Source: Candidatus Omnitrophota bacterium
Lineage (GTDB): Bacteria; Omnitrophota; Gorgyraeia; Gygaellales; Profunditerraquicolaceae
Reading direction: 5' to 3'
Assembly: GCA_026387265.1 (NCBI GenBank)
Contig: JAPLLZ010000020.1
Location: 5,413-69,412 of the forward strand
DNA length: 64,000 bases
Every line of letters starts with the position of its first letter. Within the stretch, counting starts at the first letter, position 1. Both the position numbers and the translations under genes were made by a program. The notes under the pieces were generated by a model. The model saw only the letters and a program-made list of their open reading frames with translations, had not been told where the DNA came from and made no database searches. Below, piece by piece: positions 50,101 to 55,900 of the stretch.

Positions 50101-52983
50101 AAAGTAAGAAAGCCGATTTTGGAACAATTTATTAGCCGGGGCATAGATCCAGCGAAGGCTTTCCCTGTTTTACAGCAGTCTATAAAGCAGGCTGTAACTT
50201 TAACCCCAATTATTGACGCTAGCTCTAGGGTTGCTGAAGCAAAGCAGGCCTTGGAAAAAGCAAGGAAAGATTTCGCAAAAGTAAGTAAGAAACAAATTAT
50301 ATTTACGAAATCAGATGAAATTAAAGTTACTTCTGTTGCTGTCGAAAAAGCAGCTTTGGCTATAGCGGAATTAATGATGGATGAAGCCTGGAGGGATTTA
50401 GCTATTGCCATTGCCAGCCCGACAGTTTCTCCAGTTGCTATATTATTAAAGAAAGCTGAAAAAGCGGATGCTAAAGTCTATAAACAATTAAAGGCAATGT
50501 ATGGTCCGTTAGTTGATAGCTTGCAAGCCTGTAAGAGCGCTTTGACCATTCCAAGCAAAATAGTGAATTTTAGATTTAGATCGGCATTTAATCAGTTATA
50601 CAAGAGCCTCTTCTCTACCCCGGTGTCTTTATTTAATAAATCATCAGATCCATACAGCTTAACTATTCCTTTTGAATTAGGCCTAGAAACTCCCGGTAGT
50701 ATCGAAGAATTTAACAGGTTAATGCTGCTTAATGAATCCAAGAAAAAGACGATCCAGGCGGTAGCGAAAGAGGCATTTATTAATGATATTAAGAATCAGG
50801 CCGGGCAATTCTTCACAGAAGATGAGGTAAAAACAGAGAATATAGACACAATAAGCAAGGCTTGGGCTGTTTTAAGGATGATTAATCAGCTTCAATTCCT
50901 ATCCGAACCAGATTCTAATAAGGATGAAGCCCAGCTGAAAAAAGCTAGACAAAGTATTGTTGACTATCTTAACGGGCAGATTAATCCCGAAGAGGAAGCG
51001 GCAGATCAAGTTAAAGAAGAGCAGCCAGTTGATGTGAAGGCTCAGAATGTTCAGCAGCAGCCGGCTGGAACAGTTAAAATTACCACTGAAGGTCCAAAGG
51101 AAGAGTTATTAGCGGATGATAAACTAGAAGCAGAAGCGCAAACACCAGCCAGACAAGCTGTAATTGATGCAGTGAAGTCGGTAAAGTCAAATGAGTCAGG
51201 TAAAGCTAGTATTGGGATGGTTTTTGCGATGGCGGCAACGGGAATTGCAGCTATATCTTTACCTATAATACATGGGATTGGTGGAGTAAATGGGTTGATT
51301 GTGACAGCAGCAGCTATTTCCGGTGTGGGTGCAGTTGGTGTATGGTTAATTAAGAAGTTTAGGCATAACAGATCAACAAATGCTACTCAGGAGGCTTCAG
51401 ATAAGCAGCCTTCTAAAGCAGTACCACCAGTTCAGCAGCAGAATAATACTATCTCTACTAGTATAGGTGTAGGTTCAGTTGTAGCAGGGTCTTTAGTAGA
51501 TGTTGAATATCAAAATCCCGGCAATACTAGTGGTCGTTCACTAGGGCCTAACATTTTTGGAAGAATTAATAGTGTCTTTGGTCGTGTTGCTAGTGGTTTA
51601 GCCCCGCCCATAGCCCTTGCCAAAACCTTTTTCTCAAAGGTTTATGGTTTATTGAATACGAGAAGCAATGTAGGTGCATTAGTTGCAGGTGAATTAAAGA
51701 GTGATGAAGCAAAGAAAGATGAAGTTGCAGGTGCCCGGAGTCTACCCTCCAGAAATGGAGAAGAGGGGCAGGATGTAGAAGGTGCGTCTAGTAATAGAAG
51801 TAAAACGTCCATAGGGGACGTAAGAGTTAATGATTCCAGGGTTATACCTGACAATAGTATTAGTAGTAAGATTGTCAGATTAATCAGCAGAATCACAGGT
51901 TCCATAGGTGCAAGCGTTAAAGAAGCAGGTAAAATAGCAGTAAAAGTATTAGAAGTATTAGGATCAAGGATTAAGGCATTTGTAGCAGGCAGCAAGGCAG
52001 CAGCTGCCCAAAATAGAGCTGCAGTAGTAAATAATGGAATCGTTGGTGAGGCAGTAGATGTGGTAAAAGATGCCGAAACCCAAGATTCTATTCGTGCGTA
52101 TGGCATCCGCAGCTGGATTAATAATGTTTTTAAGAAGATTGTTGTAATTCCGACCGTCCATAAAGATGGCAGACCAGTAGATTTGGTCATTCCCGCATTA
52201 AATAAATATAAAGGAAACGATAAAACTGTTGTTGGCAGCTTATTAATGTTCATATTCAATGGGCTTTCCCATGATGCGGAAGGTAATATGAGCAAGCTTG
52301 GTGTAATTTCCAGAAGAATATTCAGCGGCAACCCTGAAAAAGGCTCTGTAGTTAAGTCAGAAGAGGAAGATGCATTGCCTAAAGCCAGTGTTGAGATTGG
52401 TGTTAGTAATGTTGTAGAAGATTTTAGAAAGTTGACGAGAAGTATCTCTGACGTTGTAACCAGGTTACGCGGTAATCAGCCGGTTATGCCGGATCCGGAT
52501 GACGTAGCGTTGCTTAGTGCCATAAGTGCTAAGAAAGAAGCATTAATAGATGCAGCTAGAACAAAGGCAGAGATTGACGGAGTTGAATTTGATGCTGCAG
52601 TTAATTATTATGCTCAGGCAAAAGAATATATTTGTGATCATGATAAGGCAAAGAAATTAGCGTATAAGATTGTCTGGGGTTATTTATCAAATAATAATAT
52701 TGATGTGAGGGATACTCTTTTAGCCAACGATAAGAATTTGTATTATTCTTTAATTGATATAGCCAAAACTATTAATTTAATGTCAATTCAAGAGTTAGAG
52801 AATTTGGCTAATAATCCCGAATCAAATACATTAAGCAGGATTGCTCAAACATTGTATGCTAGAGAAACTAATGCAAAGGCAGGGGAAGCAATAGGAGTTA
52901 GTGAAAAAGCAATAGGAGTTAGTGAAAAAGCAATAGGAGTTAGTGAAAAAGCAATAGGAGTTAGTAGTGGGTATTGCAGATAA
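41176..52983 (+). CDS. Giant protein part 1 (3935 aa): N-terminal TM, C39-like peptidase, beta-rich region, Gly-zipper TM region, SecA/SF2-like ATPase
   Basis: PCGSKAL...HYVLV; EF-hand-like DADQNGKISIKE; AAGKTT, IGDEP, LTAS, QAGGR motifs. Confidence 0.85.
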   Translation: MNINPQQTENSIKQPKKEFKSNFKAWIRMVAFILVAVFLPEQVAQAVEYDWRVIWNKPTVGTIAPAYLKDLSNIDSALAIRNILKDIANKPINSIRVSSNLTINLDKPLEMSNQKIDEITEWLKGKPCGSKALYDYLNYVGIKASESDIAIIALAVDILNDVVKPEGRPKVIKNSLYALEQAAKFFGANLYPVEINANTELSNITPFVAHFKYEHYVLVTRVTEDKVYYTKEHREEFLPKATFLSKFSGYALTNVLPLESKILSPVESKQILGARDPDEPTPNTTMPKLPVVTLPSSKHFNSTSMPTLGDNIYYSTSFVRGLNAATAPQTQDTLYKMDGVSYRRQTIFNTQNGSVAGYTWLPINVAANTSYKQLAITSSKYNNVLIVVRTPDVKNNAAPYLIGGSLLSSLHEYTGTSYTSSEGLSQYGTHIRISLDKASDNYGFTTVLKQDPATLEYNYEAEAAGLKVKYPYANSGEIGSDPYDRTVKVYAKYSNTPGGGSYDYDGYVTAVYATPNLGPGGMFANNMDVNLVEKRNNLTYAFCGNLSNSAIAAPITFTSSGQDYAFAAWVNMKPLHLQVDTKNLFNGNYTNVAMWDYQRITAATRIQFGKEVFDSLASNNPGSSTEEGNLVFQGWNPGRSSKIKDIYVEAFNEHFHTATISTILEKDGWIVGVDKMYAGYGGSIGDTSKTYFFPIQALKTQSFNNYTLASLWTQTPTSLTIEAFNNDYRAFDSSNPILYPGYRSYYDIGKDGSLKLWGTFNDKNDVVLALNHNGTWDNPDDDFYVYIPDSSKILNSSNSNGSYYDFNVGSGLVLIEPGNRYTGTSPRIGGTLGSTVIEKPASGSVSPEQYSFYSIDLGIDKATGNFNGLAISPYDADQNGKISIKELNQAYDIVVGDTQKQVDTISNLKETDFEQWLKDTGHYDEYCGTINGVYVDYGLGGGYSNFYIQMEIMDEYDQAQLDAKNKGSLLDNFTYVDPTTGDKVTLQDISTSTKTMLDNPDKVDLLDFSSNLVMASIIDQNAFPKAEGVAQNKNEEAMGVNFKATVKTGIQWNEKANRYLYTTAEVELNTDQANIAKGPDFAVIKDGWKGTFNLTPETLSSLRAEYYEKGYRDLAVSLVGINAYGTTWGDIGIGAVVVLTTVAAAAATFYIGGAGGAVVAGGWATAGAIAGILTINVGVSVFNAALIKNHLTGEKLTDGELFVSIGLGLIPAAGGIAGRFIGTAAMAGTLASVASKTLVVGSRMAFISGQITQASSYICNMTLDPTTKKFTTHGPSVLEAGFSLASGYLYGGVAALAPVTSVSSFFLRTGLNFALNEAVLQGSSLITTGNFVGFNSWDEVGMHMLMLGSAGLSSGASWLSGYTKHVGELNKLVVSGYAMAEGPGAKIINSTLLTTMFGGSTKILTNAIAGGRTFLLIGMLTDPLFTGKEGNPTWESTFGHYKTGLIYGGIFGMAEAIPAFSKIGAQSALAQGIKWGIVGGATNVTRGAIDSVLFTKTPYTWSQAGIDFGVGFIEGGLSGFGATKAFPKAFLTKGIARLGLNIALTSLVSVSGGLISSAITGNSYSWKQLGVDTGIGVLAGLTATALPKYVSWVSKLGNAKFFVEHPKLLPLTKFGLNLGASQSATFLAYMGTGAVFELKNNGVSGIDMGKVGAEAANYWKIWAPWANPAEDSWANTIKFDIFGEKDVKLKYLTIGAGLSSLLFLSVVSSSAFATAKINSLEDLPKLIKDNYQEKIASKTLGEKVKAIAISSGKMFLFGMGLDSIGRTYNEAHKYSKITNEAEDALMGAIFNNWGVGGWTQVYKDENGNLNRKFNWDGILNDQNGNPIKNENGDFQRTGLLSGIENSAISGVIFGPLFYFSMPLFEVLAPNLPFGIGKTVQSIQSFNFGITAGKTANMTLSTLRADRVKLALSTVAKFGLVTIVGGVIDEGISEPIAGAIMYAGLMPLVGGKISGAQLNFFTSMLAEGVSPSPFETIDIGLPAESSLLQSIIHSNGENVISIITHLENNPQLLSREAIIADLMSNNTFTFNKDKEVVGSFVDVALSVKQRQESAKATGEKWDVEAKQLGMGVLLLNLAEKQLTSQSSSAILRSVVGANFAAGKTTMALMIQDVLTSKYGDKKILFVTTQNPGEIRKNAAFKMRGDNEVNVIGENAEGKVTADVKAGQINITSIAGFEALKEEKKLSDVFVIGDEPQAGMAAPARVHGIMEIVWKNLTPEEQIKFSAYKNIHETIFTLAKDQAELAKQASVENGYWRQIIKHQLNPNGVFSRDRFEFEQATETKLITAFENRDKKELTPAETEFLKGFGDDKKGDLYRDHETLYREAKQKYAQSLLRDNAAQLKEYFNGAAYGLVTGEEGMEFYGIKKDADGKMIQYFTRNTENGNALDRTIFSDGEVDGERLNARAVMVSVKHNASPEVWLNSLMSKAENSVSYSDALGASKGYILLTASPDGFKPTFDAIGARLYKLDRDPTSLILSQMQVDVNSSPRADAMANEAIARISDSEGKRVVVLTGNDPESLKLSTIMVEIQQGVRAELGELTLNKENITQAWEKFKKGKNGAGKIKEWGKLGYSIDKVEGVFSHLQQEEGSFSKDLSAAKIMFVDEGGEGAFTLNDIGNYITAMQKGEGISESDKLLVFVRGLYDASNVGKKVEGAVTNLEGLMIVSNVALTTDIVQAGGRFSIKGVSKELEARRIAGELKESISLDDPRITNAEVAEIVKQQGESKRQAALRVNNRLLLEANAENVVRIAGTNSVADRLETARILGEFEEKMDWVIKPVVNSPEEAENMALVNPVVNSLDEVSRSTLNQDEDLAYDNDKDNPALTPEGKKFVTVVNEVNSFSDDKLKQIASLAEQVVAAKNKLTGRLEEIAANKDMPVQEQEQGRSRLAFDIIYNLKTSGIPIDDSLLKTLLEVANLNSGINHIGDIKITLQDLVSGVVIKEQFPRDWDNVSSALVENGWATKISDEMIRLTIDPKKVRKPILEQFISRGIDPAKAFPVLQQSIKQAVTLTPIIDASSRVAEAKQALEKARKDFAKVSKKQIIFTKSDEIKVTSVAVEKAALAIAELMMDEAWRDLAIAIASPTVSPVAILLKKAEKADAKVYKQLKAMYGPLVDSLQACKSALTIPSKIVNFRFRSAFNQLYKSLFSTPVSLFNKSSDPYSLTIPFELGLETPGSIEEFNRLMLLNESKKKTIQAVAKEAFINDIKNQAGQFFTEDEVKTENIDTISKAWAVLRMINQLQFLSEPDSNKDEAQLKKARQSIVDYLNGQINPEEEAADQVKEEQPVDVKAQNVQQQPAGTVKITTEGPKEELLADDKLEAEAQTPARQAVIDAVKSVKSNESGKASIGMVFAMAATGIAAISLPIIHGIGGVNGLIVTAAAISGVGAVGVWLIKKFRHNRSTNATQEASDKQPSKAVPPVQQQNNTISTSIGVGSVVAGSLVDVEYQNPGNTSGRSLGPNIFGRINSVFGRVASGLAPPIALAKTFFSKVYGLLNTRSNVGALVAGELKSDEAKKDEVAGARSLPSRNGEEGQDVEGASSNRSKTSIGDVRVNDSRVIPDNSISSKIVRLISRITGSIGASVKEAGKIAVKVLEVLGSRIKAFVAGSKAAAAQNRAAVVNNGIVGEAVDVVKDAETQDSIRAYGIRSWINNVFKKIVVIPTVHKDGRPVDLVIPALNKYKGNDKTVVGSLLMFIFNGLSHDAEGNMSKLGVISRRIFSGNPEKGSVVKSEEEDALPKASVEIGVSNVVEDFRKLTRSISDVVTRLRGNQPVMPDPDDVALLSAISAKKEALIDAARTKAEIDGVEFDAAVNYYAQAKEYICDHDKAKKLAYKIVWGYLSNNNIDVRDTLLANDKNLYYSLIDIAKTINLMSIQELENLANNPESNTLSRIAQTLYARETNAKAGEAIGVSEKAIGVSEKAIGVSEKAIGVSSGYCR
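52886..52965 (+). repeat. 21-bp tandem repeat AAGCAATAGGAGTTAGTGAAA x3.8
   Basis: Three exact copies plus a 17-nt partial, encoding (KAIGVSE)n at the ORF1/ORF2 junction. Confidence 0.95.
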
Positions 52984-55900
52984 ATCATTAGGTATTAATG
53001 AAAAGAATTTTAATTGGATGAATGGTAAGAATTGCTTTATTACTATTGCGCCTTTGGCGATAAGAGCTGCATTGGAAGCAGCAAAGAACAAGATTGAGGC
53101 TTCTGGAAAGCTTTGGACGTTAAGAGTAGCGGTGCAGACTTACAATGATTTGGTTGATGAATACAATGCCAGCCATCAGGATAAGTTGGAGCGTTTATTT
53201 GTGGCTAAGGTTGCCCAAAGCAGGATCAAAGAATTGATAGACCAGGAAGTTAGCTTTGAAATAACGGAAAATTTAGGCGATAGTTTCCATGCGATACTTC
53301 CTTTCGGTTATGTAGAAAATGAAAGCAGCCTATCTATTACTGCGATGAATGGTAATGTTGCCGATCATAGAAGAACTGTTAATGTAGCTGACCTGGATTT
53401 CTCCGGAACCGGAGTCATTGTTATGGTGGCTGAAAGTGCGAAAAATTTGATTACCAAAGAAGAGTCTGATGCCGCAGAAGATGGCTATAGAAGTACAGAT
53501 GATAAACCGATTACCGGTGATACCAATGTTAATACTGATACAGCAAGTAAAGATACGCATAATGATAATAATGATATAAATAATAACAATAATAATGGCG
53601 GAGAAGGTAAAGGTAACGGCGGGAATGATGGCGGTAATACTGGCAAGGATCACGCAAATAAAGCTAACAATGTTAATAATAATGATGGTAAGGATGGTGA
53701 TAGTGATCTGGCAGGAGAAAAGATATCTCAAGACTTACCTGAAACAGGTAAAGTAGCCATAGAAGATGCAATAGTTGATTCTTTTAATCGGATTACAGCT
53801 AATAACCTTTCTCCTCCGGAAGCCATATTTGCTAACCTCGCTAATACCCTGCGTATTGTAGTTAACCAGTTGAAAGAGGAATTATCTGATCTTACTCGTG
53901 CCAATACCGCCAGTCTTCGTAACGCTATAGATGTTTTTAATGAGCTTATCGCTATTTTAGATAATTTAGCAAATAATCCGATAGTATCCTTAAAATATTT
54001 TCTTATGTTAGCCCGCCGCGAAGAAGAGGATATTGTTACTCCCCTTCTGAAGACGCTTATCGGAGCGATTAAGGACCGCGGCTTGAATAATCTGCATGGG
54101 CGTTATTTCCGCGCTGCCCGCTTAATTGCACATAGATATGGCCTGCCTTATTCTTCGATGGTTGAGCTTGCCAATACCTTTATATTACTCAATGAGACAA
54201 ATGATTTCATTAACGCGTTAAAAGAAGAAGATTTTGTAAGAGCCGAATTGGAAGCAAGGGCTAAAGAAACAGAGATTGCTTCGCTGGCTACGTTCGCGCA
54301 CAATGGCGGATTTGTAGTAATGAATAATGCAGCAGCTTATGACAGATTAAATAACGTATTAAATATTTTAAACAATTCTGTGGGTAGATATACATCAGGC
54401 GTAGGGGTAGCGGTAAATGTGGTAAAGATTAAGTTCGGGGAAACTCGGGCAGGCTTAAACAGCATAATTGGTGCATTATCAGCAAGCGTATCCGGCATAT
54501 TTAGCAGGTTAGGTTCACTTTTCGTAATCACGCCGGCATTAGCAGGGCAGGTAGAATCAGACGAAACGGCCAGTACATTATTATCAAGTTTAACCAGAGC
54601 TTCTGACGAGTTATCTCAATTCCCGGCAAACTTACCAACAGCTAAAACAGTGGTCAATACTGTTGAAACAGCTAAATCTACCAACAGCCAGTCAATAACA
54701 GCAGAGAATAAGACTATAGCTTCTGATATATTAAATAACGTATTAAATATCTTAAACAATTCTGTAGCGAAATACGTATCTAACATAAAGGTAACAATAA
54801 ATGCGATAAAGGTTGGGGTTACCGGGGCAGCTAGAGTTGGCTTAAGCAGCATAGCCAATACGTTATCATCGAGCTTAACTAACGTTTCTAACAAGTTATC
54901 CTCATCCCCGATCAGCTCGCTATTGACTAGACTTGCAACAGTAAACGAAAGTGGCATTGTTAATGTGGGATTGAGTATTGTTTTAGCTCCTGCTGCTACT
55001 GTTTCCCTTGGTATTGTGGCACCGATAGCAGTTCATTTATTCGGGTTAGTCTTAGGCGGCGTAGCTGCGTTAGTAACAGGCTTTGTTTTAGTAGCAGGTT
55101 TATCTAAGGTAATTAATAACTCAGTTTCAACTCACTTAGCAGCTTCAACCGCTTCTTTATCAGCTTCTCAGGATGTCGATGTCAATAATGCCGATTTAAC
55201 TAGCGCAACAGCTAAAACAGCAACAGGCACTGTTGAAACAGCCAAATCTATCAACAGCCAGTCAGTCACAGTAGAGAGCAAGGTTACAGTCTCCGGTATA
55301 TTAAATAACGTATTAAATATCTTAAGCAATTCTGTAGCGAAATACGTATCTAATATAAAGGTAACAATAAACGCGATAAAGGTTGGGGTTACCGGGGCAG
55401 CTTCACCAGTTGCCGGATCCACAACAGTTCCTGCAGCTTCATCTACTTCTTTACCAGCTTCTCAGGCAGTAAATACGAACAATGCTAATTTAACTAAATT
55501 AGCAGCAAAGGTATTGAATTTGGTTCATAGCCTTATCGCTTCTATAAGGAATATCTTAAACAATCTTTCTTCTAAGTCTGAAATCAAGGGTGAAACTTCT
55601 ACTAAGGTTCAAGCCAATATTTTGGGTAACTCAATTTCTTCCTTAGCTCCTCCAGTTAATGGTTTAATTGCGCGTTTTGTAAAGAATGCAATTAACCAGT
55701 TAATCAACGCAATCAAAGGAGAGGAGAATGGACATGAAAAGAATAATAGAAATGAGAGAGGAAATAGCAGCAATAGATACACAGTACAGAATAAGACGGC
55801 TCCAGGAAATGAGACAGGCAGCGGTATTAGAAATGCTAAATTTAAGGAGTATATCAATAGAAAAGCTGGTCAATTAATTAATTGGCTTCGTACAATTTTA

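Noticed and set aside
51700-51890. Short alternative-frame ORFs (17-24 aa) in a linker of giant part 1
   Set aside because: Too short and weak SD; cannot be supported
52886-52965. Possible CRISPR array
   Set aside because: Head-to-tail 21-bp repeats with no spacers and no cas genes
53330-53731. Ile-rich minus-strand ORF resembling a membrane protein
   Set aside because: Antisense shadow of the AAT/GAT-rich N/D linker on the plus strand
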